DNA of 64,000 bases from Chitinophaga pinensis (lineage in GTDB: Bacteria; Bacteroidota; Bacteroidia; UKL13-3), in the NCBI GenBank assembly GCA_945860865.1, contig CAMARW010000003.1:59177-123176 (forward strand). Direction: 5' to 3'. The notes under the pieces are model-generated. The model saw nothing but the letters and a program-made list of their open reading frames with translations, ran no database searches and was not told the origin of the DNA. Positions 1-9,714 of the stretch are shown here, piece after piece. Within the stretch, counting starts at the first letter, position 1. Each line of letters opens with the position of its first letter. Position numbers and translations under genes: made by a program.

Positions 1-544
1 ATACAACAGGAAACTCTTTTATTTTGCCAGTTTGAATGAGTGTTAAAGCTTCAAACATCTCATCCATGGTTCCCCAGCCGCCGGGCATAATTACAAACCC
101 ATAAGAATATTTTACTAATAAGATCTTCCTAACAAAAAAGTAATGAAAATCTACTGATTTATGGAGATAGCTGTTTTCTTTTTGTTCATGTGGAAGCGCA
201 ATATTGCAGCCAACACTTAATCCGTTATTTTCAAAAGCACCTCTATTTGCTGCTTCCATAATGCCTGGTCCGCCACCTGTCATTACGGCAAATCCTAAAT
301 CGCTTAGCCTTGCCCCAATTTCCCTGGCTTGATGATAATATTCATGGTCTTCTTTAAATCTAGCACTTCCAAAAACAGTGATACAAGGCCCCAAGAAATG
401 TAGTTTTCTGAATCCTCTTATGAATTCTATGAGCACTTTAAAAGTAAATAAAAACTCTTTTCTTCTAGATCGGGGTCCCTCTAAAAAGCTACGTTCACTT
501 TGGGTGTATCTGGTTCGGTAATCATTTAATTCTTCTTTTGTCAT
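1..544 (-). CDS. LOG family (TIGR00730) nucleotide phosphoribohydrolase, 3' end truncated by window edge
   Basis: Not in ORF track. Manual translation from ATG at 544 gives MTKEELNDY...ITVFGSAR...TGGGPGIMEAANRGA...YFFVRK...MPGGWGTMDEMFEALTLIQTGK, containing the LOG PGGxGTxDE motif. Confidence 0.9.
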   Translation of the reverse strand, partial: MTKEELNDYRTRYTQSERSFLEGPRSRRKEFLFTFKVLIEFIRGFRKLHFLGPCITVFGSARFKEDHEYYHQAREIGARLSDLGFAVMTGGGPGIMEAANRGAFENNGLSVGCNIALPHEQKENSYLHKSVDFHYFFVRKILLVKYSYGFVIMPGGWGTMDEMFEALTLIQTGKIKEFPVV

Positions 545-550
545 AATTTT

Positions 551-1915
551 TTATAATAATTGATTAGCAAGGTTTGCTAAAGCAGAACGTTCGCCTTTTT
601 CTAATGTTATGTGCGCATACAATGGATTATCTTTAAGCCTGTCTATCAGATAGGATAATCCATTAGATTGTGAGTCTAAATAAGGTGTATCAATTTGAAA
701 AACATCTCCAGTAAATACAATTTTACTTCCTTCGCCTGCGCGTGTAATAATTGTTTTTACTTCTAATGGAGTAAGGTTTTGGGCTTCATCTACAATAAAA
801 ATAATATTTGATAAACTTCTTCCTCTTATGTATGCTAGTGGTGAAACAATAAGTTTTTCTTGGTTCACCAATTCTGTAATTTTTTGATATTCTTTATCCG
901 TTTCTTTCCACTGATTTTGTATCAATTTGAGGTTATCCCAAAGCGGCTCCATGTATGGATTAATTTTAGACTTAGCATCGCCAGGCAGAAAGCCAATATC
1001 TCTGTTACCTAATGGTACGATGGGTCGAGCCAAATAAATTTGCCGGTAATTACCCTTTTGCTCTAAAGCAGCTGCAAGGGCTAAAAGTGTTTTTCCTGTT
1101 CCTGCAACTCCTTGTATACTTACCAATTTTATTTCTGGATTTAGCACTGCATCCAAAGCAAATGCCTGTTCTGCATTTCTGGGTTTTATGCCATAAGCCG
1201 ATTGTTTATTTACTTTTTCTATACAATCAGTTTCAGCGTTATAACGAGCAAGCACAGAATTTTGCGCATTTTTTAAAATATAATAATGATTTGCTAGGAG
1301 CTTCTCTTTACTTATCAAATCGGCAGCGGCAAATCCACGCACATAAATTTCGTCTATTACAGACGGTTTAACCCTAGAAATGGTAGCAGATCCTGTGTGC
1401 AAGGCATCTAGGTTTTTAATCTTGCCTGTCTCGTAATCTTCTGCTTGTAGTCCCAAAGATTTAGCTTTAAGCCTTAGGTTTACGTCTTTGGAAACTAAAA
1501 TTACAGGACGATTTGCATGTTCCTCCTGCATGGCAAGTGCCGCATTTAATATGCGGTGGTCGGCTTTATTGTCTCTAAAAATTAACTGGGCATCTACTTG
1601 GGCTTCTTCGTGCATAATTACCTTAAACTGCCCTCGGTTTGCACCATTAATCGGAATCCATTGGGTTAGTGTAAATTCGCCAGAAAGTTTGTCAATATAT
1701 CTGATAAATGCCCTAGCTTCAAAATTTAGGGAATCATTTCCTTTCTTGAAATTATCTAATTCTTCTAATACCGTAATGGGGATTGCCACATCATGTTCTG
1801 CAAAGTTTTTAACAGACATGCTATCATATAAAATAACAGAGGTATCTAGAACAAATATTTTCCTAATTTTAGCCTGTTTGCTATTTTTCTTAGGGGCAAC
1901 TTTCTTCTTATTCAT
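551..1915 (-). CDS. PIN-domain PhoH family ATPase (PhoH2/YlaK-like)
   Basis: N-terminal PIN (FVLDTSVIL...EELD, DHRIL, SKDVNLR) fused to PhoH ATPase (GVAGTGKT, GFLPGD, YIRGRS, DEAQN, GDVFQIDTP, ERS). Confidence 0.92.
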   Translation of the reverse strand: MNKKKVAPKKNSKQAKIRKIFVLDTSVILYDSMSVKNFAEHDVAIPITVLEELDNFKKGNDSLNFEARAFIRYIDKLSGEFTLTQWIPINGANRGQFKVIMHEEAQVDAQLIFRDNKADHRILNAALAMQEEHANRPVILVSKDVNLRLKAKSLGLQAEDYETGKIKNLDALHTGSATISRVKPSVIDEIYVRGFAAADLISKEKLLANHYYILKNAQNSVLARYNAETDCIEKVNKQSAYGIKPRNAEQAFALDAVLNPEIKLVSIQGVAGTGKTLLALAAALEQKGNYRQIYLARPIVPLGNRDIGFLPGDAKSKINPYMEPLWDNLKLIQNQWKETDKEYQKITELVNQEKLIVSPLAYIRGRSLSNIIFIVDEAQNLTPLEVKTIITRAGEGSKIVFTGDVFQIDTPYLDSQSNGLSYLIDRLKDNPLYAHITLEKGERSALANLANQLL

Positions 1916-1917
1916 GC

Positions 1918-1971
1918 TTTTAAAATGGTTTATTTAACTTGCTTTGACAAGGTTCATAAACCATTTTAAAA
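1918..1971. promoter_or_regulatory. Long inverted repeat (16-bp perfect arms) between trxB and PIN-PhoH; terminator or translational-control hairpin
   Basis: TTTTAAAATGGTTTAT (1918-1933) pairs with ATAAACCATTTTAAAA (1956-1971) and ends 2 nt from the PhoH ATG. Confidence 0.6.
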
Positions 1972-2008
1972 ACTAAAATTTATTTATTCACAAATGATTA
2001 TTGCCGTT

Positions 2009-2965
2009 TTATTGAACGGCTACATCCCCTTTGGCAGCTAAATATCTTTCTGCATCCAATGCGGCCATACAGCCACTACCAGCAGCAGTAACTGCCTGAC
2101 GGTAAACCTTATCTTGTGCATCGCCACAAGCAAACACGCCTTCAATATTTGTTTTACTTGTACCTGGTATAGTTAATAAATACCCGGTTTCATCCATTGT
2201 TAAATAATCCTTAAATATACCTGTATTAGGTTGGTGACCGATAGCTACAAAGAATCCGCTTATTTCAATGTTACGCATTTCGCCTGTTTTACGGTTTTTA
2301 ATTCGCGCACCCTCCACTTTGGTTTCACCCAAAATTTCATCCGTTTCAGAGTTAAACAATACCTCAATATTTGGAGTGGCTAAAACCCTATTTTGCATGG
2401 CTTTTGAAGCCCTAAACTCATCTCTTCTTACAATCATGTATACCTTAGTACAGATTTTAGCTAAGTAACTAGCTTCTTCGCAGGCAGTATCTCCGGCACC
2501 AACAATGGCAACATCTTTACCCTTGAAGAAAAATCCATCGCACACTGCACAAGCACTCACGCCTCTACCATTTAACTTTTCTTCTGAAGGAATTCCTAAC
2601 CATTTGGCACTTGCACCTGTTGCTATAATTACTGTTTCAGCATGTATTTCATGGTTTTCATCCGCAATTAGTTTAAAGGGTGGTTTGCCAGAAAAATCAA
2701 CACTCGTAATCATTCCGTAACGAATATCTGTGCCAAATCTTTCTGCTTGTTTTCTAAATAATTCCATCATTTCTGGACCCATAATTCCTTCTGGATAGCC
2801 AGGGTAATTCTCTACATCAGTAGTTATGGTTAATTGTCCGCCTGGCTGCATACCTGCATACATAACAGGTTTCATGTCGGCACGCGCTGCGTAAATAGCT
2901 GCTGTGTAACCAGCAGGACCTGATCCTACAATTAGGCATTCAATGTGTTCAATATTATTACTCAT
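2009..2965 (-). CDS. trxB: Thioredoxin-disulfide reductase
   Basis: GSGPAGYTAAIY, CAVCDG redox motif, GAGDTACEEA, YRQAVTAAGSGCMAALDAERYL. Confidence 0.97.
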   Translation of the reverse strand: MSNNIEHIECLIVGSGPAGYTAAIYAARADMKPVMYAGMQPGGQLTITTDVENYPGYPEGIMGPEMMELFRKQAERFGTDIRYGMITSVDFSGKPPFKLIADENHEIHAETVIIATGASAKWLGIPSEEKLNGRGVSACAVCDGFFFKGKDVAIVGAGDTACEEASYLAKICTKVYMIVRRDEFRASKAMQNRVLATPNIEVLFNSETDEILGETKVEGARIKNRKTGEMRNIEISGFFVAIGHQPNTGIFKDYLTMDETGYLLTIPGTSKTNIEGVFACGDAQDKVYRQAVTAAGSGCMAALDAERYLAAKGDVAVQ

Positions 2966-3087
2966 ATTTTTCTATTTTTATATCAATCAAATTACGTTTC
3001 AAATCTTAAATTATTTTGCCACAAAAGTTACACAAACAACAAAATAAATTGGTTCGAACCAAAATTTATAGTTATTGATAGATTAAA

Positions 3088-4431
3088 CTATTTATTTTTT
3101 CTGGCTCTATTTCTTTCAACAGCTCTGTTTCTAGGTTTAGTTTTATTGGGATTTCTGGTTCTTGGTCCGCCTAAATTAACCTTTTTATTTTTTTCTTTCT
3201 TTTCATGAAACCCATTGGGTAGGACTTTTGTTTGAACCTTTTCCAAATAATTCTTTTGAATTATTTTAGGAAGTTCCTCCTCTAAAAACTGTTTAGAAAC
3301 AGCCACTTCTTTCGGGAATGCTTCACGTTTTATGGAAAGCGCCATCATATCTTCAATACGGTCTAGGAATTCTTTTTCTGGCACGTTAAAAAAGGTAATG
3401 GCTTTTCCACTTTTGCCAGCTCGCCCTGTTCTTCCAATTCTATGGATATAATCACCTGCTTCCATAGGTGTATCAAAGTTTATCACATGCGAAACATCTA
3501 AAATATCTAAACCCCTGGCAGCAATATCTGTGGCAATTAATAACCTATTTACACCTGCCTGAAATTGATCTAAAGCAGCAAAACGAACAGGCTGCGTTTT
3601 TTTTGAGTGAATGATATTTAATTCATCGCCAAAGTATTTTTTAATATCACCATATAACCTGTCGGCTAATTTAATATTTGCCACAAAAACCAAGACTTTG
3701 GTAAAAGTTTTTTTGTTGCTTAATAAGTGGGTTAGTAAATTTACTTTGGTGTAATAATTGGGAACTGAATAGGCTGTTTGTTTTATTTTTTTAAGAGGTG
3801 TTCCATGGGGCACCACTTCAATCTTAGTTGGATTTTTGGTAAATGTTTGTATCAATACATTTACCTCTTTATTCATTGTTGCCGAAAAGAAAATATTTTG
3901 TCTTTTGCTTGGCAATAAATCTAATACGGTTGTTAGTTGCGCCCTAAATCCAGTTTCCAACATTTCATCAACCTCATCAATTATAAAATGCTGTACTTGT
4001 TTTAACTTAAGCACACCCAACATAGCCAAATCTACTAATCTACCTGGTGTAGAAACTAAAATATCTAATCCTTCAAGTACTAATTTCTTTTGCGGATTAA
4101 TATTGCTACCACCATATATTCCTCCAAAACGAATCGCAGAATACTTGCAAAGTTTTTCAACCTCGGCAAGCACTTGTACCACTAGTTCGCGGGTTGGCAC
4201 AATTACTAAAACTCTCGGAGATTTTTGTTCAGAGTATTTTAGCATGCGTAAAACTGGCAACAAGTAAGCGATTGTTTTTCCTGTTCCGGTTTGAGCCAAT
4301 CCAATGAGGTCGTTACCTGACATGATAACAGAATAGGTAGCTGCTTGAATAGGAGTAGGGTGAATAAACTCTAAATCTTGCAATGCATTTAGATAGGGTT
4401 TGGTAAGATTTAGGTCTTCGAAGTTTAGCAT
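3088..4431 (-). CDS. DEAD/DEAH box RNA helicase
   Basis: Q motif PTPIQ, AQTGTGKT, PTRELV, TPGRL, DEVD, SAT, TDIAARGLD, YIHRIGRTGRAG; basic C-terminal tail. Confidence 0.95.
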   Translation of the reverse strand: MLNFEDLNLTKPYLNALQDLEFIHPTPIQAATYSVIMSGNDLIGLAQTGTGKTIAYLLPVLRMLKYSEQKSPRVLVIVPTRELVVQVLAEVEKLCKYSAIRFGGIYGGSNINPQKKLVLEGLDILVSTPGRLVDLAMLGVLKLKQVQHFIIDEVDEMLETGFRAQLTTVLDLLPSKRQNIFFSATMNKEVNVLIQTFTKNPTKIEVVPHGTPLKKIKQTAYSVPNYYTKVNLLTHLLSNKKTFTKVLVFVANIKLADRLYGDIKKYFGDELNIIHSKKTQPVRFAALDQFQAGVNRLLIATDIAARGLDILDVSHVINFDTPMEAGDYIHRIGRTGRAGKSGKAITFFNVPEKEFLDRIEDMMALSIKREAFPKEVAVSKQFLEEELPKIIQKNYLEKVQTKVLPNGFHEKKEKNKKVNLGGPRTRNPNKTKPRNRAVERNRARKNK

Positions 4432-4436
4432 TTTTT

Positions 4437-4499
4437 GTCGTTATTCGTTAGTTCTTGGTAGTTAGTATTTTGTCCTTAGTCTTTTGTATTTTGAATTTT
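4437..4499 (-). repeat. Degenerate 7-bp-period tandem array (9 units)
   Basis: Minus strand reads AAAATTC AAAATAC AAAAGAC TAAGGAC AAAATAC TAACTAC CAAGAAC TAACGAA TAACGAC and fills almost the whole intergenic gap. Confidence 0.7.
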
Positions 4500-4506
4500 T
4501 TCCTTC

Positions 4507-5526
4507 TTAGATTCCCAGCCATTTTTTAGCAGTTTCTCTGAGCAGTTTGGCTTTGGTTGGTTCATCCAAATCTTTCATGAGTGCTATAAACTTTCCATGT
4601 TCTAAATCACCCAAAGGGAAAGGGAAATCTGAACCCATTGCAATTTTGTCTGGCCCAAACATCTTTAAAATAAACTTAAAGGTTTCTTCATCGTGCACCA
4701 ATGAATCGATATAAAATTTGTCTGTGTAACTGCTGGGGTCTGATATTTTGTGCACATTGCATAAATCTGGCCGTGCATGATAGGCGTGTTCAATTCTTCC
4801 TAAAGTTTGCGGGAAACATCCACCTCCATGGGCAAATAGCACTCTTAATTTCGGGTATTTATCAAAAATCCCACCAAACATCATGCTGCAAATAGCTAGA
4901 GATGTTTCGGCTGGCATTCCTACTAGCCAGGGGAGAAAGTAATTTGGCATTTTTTCTTGCGCCATCATATCCCATGGGTGCACAAACAAACACATGCCTA
5001 ATTTTTCTGCTGTTTCATAAAAAGGATAATAGTAGGGGTCGTCTAAGTTTCTATGTTCAATGTGGGTGCCAATTTCAACTCCAGGCAGGTTAAGTTCATA
5101 TTTGCAGCGAGTTAACTCCTCGCAGGCAAGGGTTATATCTTGCATAGGAAGAGTGGCTAAACCCACAAATCGTTTGGGGTAATTTTCTTGAATTTTGGCT
5201 ATGTAATCATTAAAATACCTTGCCCATTCTAGGGTATGTTTAGGTTCAGCCCAATAATAAAAAAGCACAGGAACAATAGATAGTGCCATTAACTCAACAT
5301 CATTTTTATCCATATGGGCTATGATAGCCTCTGGATTCCAGCAAAGTTCATCAATAACCCTGAAAAACGTTCCATCTGCTTTCATCATATTTGCCTTTCC
5401 AGGTTGAAAATGGTCGAGGTAAATAAATTCATCACCATAACCATACTTTTCCTTTAGGTTGGGCATGTTTTGTGGCAGAATGTGCGCATGAACGTCTATT
5501 TTATTATAATTAATTCCCATCTCCAT
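4507..5526 (-). CDS. Amidohydrolase, 2-amino-3-carboxymuconate-6-semialdehyde decarboxylase (ACMSD)-like
   Basis: [38 protein letters not shown]...[20 protein letters not shown] are ACMSD-type motifs. Confidence 0.88.
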   Translation of the reverse strand: MEMGINYNKIDVHAHILPQNMPNLKEKYGYGDEFIYLDHFQPGKANMMKADGTFFRVIDELCWNPEAIIAHMDKNDVELMALSIVPVLFYYWAEPKHTLEWARYFNDYIAKIQENYPKRFVGLATLPMQDITLACEELTRCKYELNLPGVEIGTHIEHRNLDDPYYYPFYETAEKLGMCLFVHPWDMMAQEKMPNYFLPWLVGMPAETSLAICSMMFGGIFDKYPKLRVLFAHGGGCFPQTLGRIEHAYHARPDLCNVHKISDPSSYTDKFYIDSLVHDEETFKFILKMFGPDKIAMGSDFPFPLGDLEHGKFIALMKDLDEPTKAKLLRETAKKWLGI

Positions 5527-6301
5527 CTAAAATATTGCCTAAGCCTCCTAATAATCCGCCCTCTTCTCTTCTTCCCATGCCGCTGTATGCTACAATTCTG
5601 CTTGCTAATCTTGAGATTGGTAGCGATTGAATCCAAACTTTTCCGGGGCCTTGCAAGGTAGCAAAGAAAACGCCTTCGCCACCAAATAATGTATTTTTTA
5701 TTCCACCTACAAATTGAATATCATAATCGATATCTTTGGTAAAGGCCACAATACAGCCTGTATCTACTTTTAATATTTCACCTGCCATCAATTCTCTCTC
5801 TTCTACATGTCCGCCTGCATGCACAAATGCCATTCCATCGCCTTCCAATTTTTGCATAATAAAACCTTCGCCACCAAATAGACCTGCGCCAAGCTTTTTC
5901 TGGAATTCTAAACCAACACTTACCCCTTTGGCTGCGCACAAGAAAGAATCTTTCTGACAAACAATTTTGCCTCCTCTTTTGCTTAAATCTAAGGGTATAA
6001 TTTTACCTGGGTAGGGGGCGGCAAAAGTGACTGTTTTTTTTCCTGAGCCTAAATTGGTATAGGCCGTCATAAATAAACTTTCGCCAGTTAAGAGCCGTTT
6101 TCCGGCCGACATTAACTTTCCAAAAATGCCACTTTGTTGTTGAGAGCCATCACCAAAAATAGTATTCATTTGAATGCCATCATTCATCATCATAAAGCTT
6201 CCGGGTTCTGCCATTACAGTTTCTTGTGGGTCTAATTCTATCTCTACACATTGCATTTCGCTTCCTAAAATGCGGTAATCTATTTCGTGATTGTTGATCA
6301 T
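5510..6301 (-). CDS. TIGR00266 / AIM24 family protein
   Basis: [61 protein letters not shown]. Confidence 0.92.
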   Translation of the reverse strand: MINNHEIDYRILGSEMQCVEIELDPQETVMAEPGSFMMMNDGIQMNTIFGDGSQQQSGIFGKLMSAGKRLLTGESLFMTAYTNLGSGKKTVTFAAPYPGKIIPLDLSKRGGKIVCQKDSFLCAAKGVSVGLEFQKKLGAGLFGGEGFIMQKLEGDGMAFVHAGGHVEERELMAGEILKVDTGCIVAFTKDIDYDIQFVGGIKNTLFGGEGVFFATLQGPGKVWIQSLPISRLASRIVAYSGMGRREEGGLLGGLGNILDGDGN

Positions 6302-6522
6302 AAATGTTAAAATTAAAACTTCGAAATTATTGAAATTTGTTTAAGTGGCAGTTTTTTTATTTAAAACTTTTATTTTTTATAATATATATAAATCAATATT
6401 ATAATTTCAATAAATTAATTTTATATACTGAATTTAATCATTTTATAATATAAATTGCAAATGTTTAATTTTTATTTTAATATTTACTTAGGATACAATT
6501 ACTTCCAAAGGTTTTTAAATAT

Positions 6523-7170
6523 ATGAGAAGAGCACTTTTAGTTGGAATTTCAGGTAGAATTGGCAAGGAGCTAATGGAGGCTTTGTTGAACGACATTAGA
6601 TATAAACGAATTACTGTGTTAACTCGACATGAAGGTAGAAGATTAAAAAATATTCACCTGCAAGTTGTGAAAACAGATTTTTCTAATTTGGATGCACATA
6701 TTTCTGATTTTGAAGGCATAGATGATGTATATTGTTTGTTGGATTCAGAATTTATTAATACAAATAATGTTTCAGATGCAGAATTATTTGATTTTGAATA
6801 CCCGTTAAATATAGCTCAAGTGGCAGAAAAAGCAGGTGTTAAAAATTTTGTTTTGCTTAATCATAGTGAAGCAAGTTTGAAAAATAACTTGCAAAAATGG
6901 AATAAGAGAGTTAAATTGGAAGGTATTATTCGTGAAATGAATTTTGAAAACATTTACACTTTTAAAGTTAATGGAATTTCTAAACCAGTAAACGCAAAAG
7001 GGGCCTTATATAATTTATCTAATAAAATGGGTATGTTACTAAATACATTGAGTTTGGGTTATGTTAATAAAATCAAGCTAACTCCCGCAAACGTTTTAGC
7101 AAAAAATATGATAGCCACAGTATCTAATAACACAAAAGATAAAAAAGAATTTGGACCCAAGGATTATTAA
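6523..7170 (+). CDS. Degenerate TIP30/YraR-like Rossmann-fold protein (possible pseudo-enzyme)
   Basis: ALLVGISGRIG, DDVYCLL and FDFEYPLNIA align with the downstream paralog; catalytic YxxxK not evident. Confidence 0.65.
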   Translation: MRRALLVGISGRIGKELMEALLNDIRYKRITVLTRHEGRRLKNIHLQVVKTDFSNLDAHISDFEGIDDVYCLLDSEFINTNNVSDAELFDFEYPLNIAQVAEKAGVKNFVLLNHSEASLKNNLQKWNKRVKLEGIIREMNFENIYTFKVNGISKPVNAKGALYNLSNKMGMLLNTLSLGYVNKIKLTPANVLAKNMIATVSNNTKDKKEFGPKDY

Positions 7171-7177
7171 AAAAAAC

Positions 7178-7843
7178 ATGGAAAAAAGAAGAGCACTGGT
7201 AATAGGCGCAACCGGTTTAATTGGAAGGAGTTTGGTATTTGAACTTTTAAAATCGGAGGCTTACGAAGAAGTGGTTGTTCTTTCTCGCAAAGATTTGGTT
7301 ATTAAACATGCAAAATTATCTCAGTTTATATTGGATTTTGATAGTTTAGCTGATTATGCACCACAAATGAAAGTTAATGATGTTTTTTGTTGCATGGGTT
7401 CAACCAAGGCAAGAACACCTGATGAAAAAGTATATCGAATGATAGATTTTGAATATCCATTACAAGTGGCAAGAATGGCTAAAGAGCAGGGTGCACAGCA
7501 GTTTCTATTGGTTAGTTCTATGGGAGCAAATACGCAATCAACTGTTTTTTATACCCGATTAAAAGGAGAGATTGAAGCAGCTATTGCAAGTTTAAATTAT
7601 CCTACTTACAGAATATTCAGACCTTCTTTATTATTAGGCAATCGCATTGAAAGCAGGCCATTAGAAACCATCTTTCAATATTTAATGCGTGCTTTAAATG
7701 TTTTATTTATTGGGCCAGCCAAAAAATACAAAGCAATACCCGGAAATGTGGTGGCTAAAGCCATGCTTAAAGCAGCTATTAATTCAGAAACTGGAAACTA
7801 TACTTATTTAAATGATAAGATTTTTGATTTGGTTAAAGTTTAA
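7178..7843 (+). CDS. TIP30/YraR-like NAD(P)-binding oxidoreductase (atypical SDR)
   Basis: IGATGLIG, VFCCMGST, IDFEYP, VSSMGA, FYTRLKG, RPSLLLGNR. ATG at 7178 preferred over TTG at 7151. Confidence 0.88.
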   Translation: MEKRRALVIGATGLIGRSLVFELLKSEAYEEVVVLSRKDLVIKHAKLSQFILDFDSLADYAPQMKVNDVFCCMGSTKARTPDEKVYRMIDFEYPLQVARMAKEQGAQQFLLVSSMGANTQSTVFYTRLKGEIEAAIASLNYPTYRIFRPSLLLGNRIESRPLETIFQYLMRALNVLFIGPAKKYKAIPGNVVAKAMLKAAINSETGNYTYLNDKIFDLVKV

Positions 7844-8686
7844 TTACTCGCAAAAATAAAAGTAAATAACGAGTCCTAAAACCACTAAGCTATTACCAAT
7901 CCATTCCCATTTATTTAGTCTTTCTTTAAATATAAAATACCCAGCAATAAGCGAGTAGGGGAAGAATGATAGTTGCATAAATCCCAATGTGTTTAATGAA
8001 AACATTTGGTAGCTAATATTGATCATTAATGACCCTAAAATGGTAAAAATAGCCACGCCTAAAATGTATTTATTTTTAAGTGGTGGTTTGCTTAAATTAA
8101 AATCGCTATCGTTTAAAATAATAAACAAGGCAGATAATATTAATATGCTAAATTCGGTAACAAATGTTCCCCATTCTGCGCTGGTATTGGCCAAAGGAAT
8201 GCTTAACAAGGCGTATCCAAATCCCCAACAAACTGCGGAAATTACAGCATCTAATAATCCCTTTTTTGCACTCGTTTTTTTCCATTGAATGAGAATACCT
8301 AAAGTAGACAAGCCGCTAGCAATAAAAAACCAGTGATTTAATTTATCATTATTGAGCCAAACACCCAAGCCATAATGAATAAATGCACCCATAATACCAA
8401 TTACGGCCACGTTTACAAAGTGTAAATTTTGCAGTGCTTTTACATAATAAAATAACCCAATGGCGCATAAAATACTGCACACAATTAGCCAAGCCATATC
8501 TTTTGTTTCGGGGGGATTGGCAAAGTTTCCAGAAATTAATAACCAGAGTCCCGCAAAGGTTACGGTATAGATAGACCTGAGGTAAATGAGCCGGGCTGGA
8601 CTAATTTGCAAGCTACTCAGTTTGATACATACATCTGCTAAAAAGAAGGAGGTATTAACAAGTAGTGAAAAACCGATGGCATTCAT
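7844..8686 (-). CDS. EamA/DMT family transporter
   Basis: About 10 hydrophobic segments, two-repeat architecture, C-terminal YFIFKERL motif. Confidence 0.8.
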   Translation of the reverse strand: MNAIGFSLLVNTSFFLADVCIKLSSLQISPARLIYLRSIYTVTFAGLWLLISGNFANPPETKDMAWLIVCSILCAIGLFYYVKALQNLHFVNVAVIGIMGAFIHYGLGVWLNNDKLNHWFFIASGLSTLGILIQWKKTSAKKGLLDAVISAVCWGFGYALLSIPLANTSAEWGTFVTEFSILILSALFIILNDSDFNLSKPPLKNKYILGVAIFTILGSLMINISYQMFSLNTLGFMQLSFFPYSLIAGYFIFKERLNKWEWIGNSLVVLGLVIYFYFCE

Positions 8687-9639
8687 TAAGCTGTTTGCAG
8701 TTCTTTTAATGCATTGTGCATATTTTCTTCTACTCTTTTTTGGGCTTGAGAGTAATCTTGAGGTACAAATTTTTGCGCAGTAATTTTCTCAAAAAGTTCT
8801 ATGTATCGCTGGGAAACTAGGTTTATAAACTCATCTGAAAATACAGGTGCTATTTGTCCTTCCAAACCTTGGAAGCCATTTTCTATGAGCCACTGCCTCA
8901 CAAATTCCTTAGATAATTGCCTTTGCTGTTGGTTACCCTCCTGAATTTGCTCATAAGTATCGGCGTAAAAATATCTACTAGAATCGGGCGTATGAATTTC
9001 GTCCATCAACATCACATCATTGCCAAATTTGCCAAATTCATACTTGGTATCTACTAAAATTAAGCCTTGTTTTCTTGCATAAGTTGAACCAAAAGCAAAT
9101 AACTTTCTGGTATAATCTTCTAAAATTAAATAATCAGATTCGTTTACTAATCCGCTGGCAATTATATCTTCTCTCGAAATATCCTCATCATGACCTTCAC
9201 TAGCTTTTATAGTTGGTGTTAAAATAGGTTCAGGAAAAGGGTCGTTTTCTCTCATGCCATCAGGCATGCTTACCCCGCAAATCACTCTTTTACCAATTTT
9301 ATATTCACGCCAAGCATGTCCGGCTAAATAACCCCTTATAACCATTTCAACTTTAAATGGTTCGCAGCAATGGCCTATGCTAACATTTGGGTCTGGACAA
9401 TTAATTAACCAATTGGGAACTATGTTCTTGGTTAGCGTTAAAAAATGAGCTGCAATTTGATTAAGCACCTGCCCTTTAAATGGAATAGGTTTGGGTAATA
9501 CAATATCAAAAGCAGAAATTCTATCGCAAGCCACCATGGCTAAATACTTATTATCAATATTGTAAACGTCGCGTACTTTTCCTTTGTAAAAACTTACCTG
9601 ATTATCAAAGTTAAAATGAGTTGAAACTAGTGCTTCCAT
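8686..9639 (-). CDS. purC: Phosphoribosylaminoimidazole-succinocarboxamide synthase
   Basis: YKGKVRDVY, DRISAFD, LVDTKYEFG, DEIHTPDSSRY, LSKEFVRQWL. Confidence 0.97.
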   Translation of the reverse strand: MEALVSTHFNFDNQVSFYKGKVRDVYNIDNKYLAMVACDRISAFDIVLPKPIPFKGQVLNQIAAHFLTLTKNIVPNWLINCPDPNVSIGHCCEPFKVEMVIRGYLAGHAWREYKIGKRVICGVSMPDGMRENDPFPEPILTPTIKASEGHDEDISREDIIASGLVNESDYLILEDYTRKLFAFGSTYARKQGLILVDTKYEFGKFGNDVMLMDEIHTPDSSRYFYADTYEQIQEGNQQQRQLSKEFVRQWLIENGFQGLEGQIAPVFSDEFINLVSQRYIELFEKITAQKFVPQDYSQAQKRVEENMHNALKELQTA

Positions 9640-9714
9640 GTATCTTATTTAAGGTTGCAATATGCATCAATAATATATTTTTACAAAGGGTACTTTATGC
9701 ACTAAAGTTAAAAT

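Noticed and set aside
6302-6522. Extremely AT-rich gap as a replication origin or DUE
   Set aside because: No DnaA-box cluster seen; it is a divergent promoter region, and a dif site lies in the same window.
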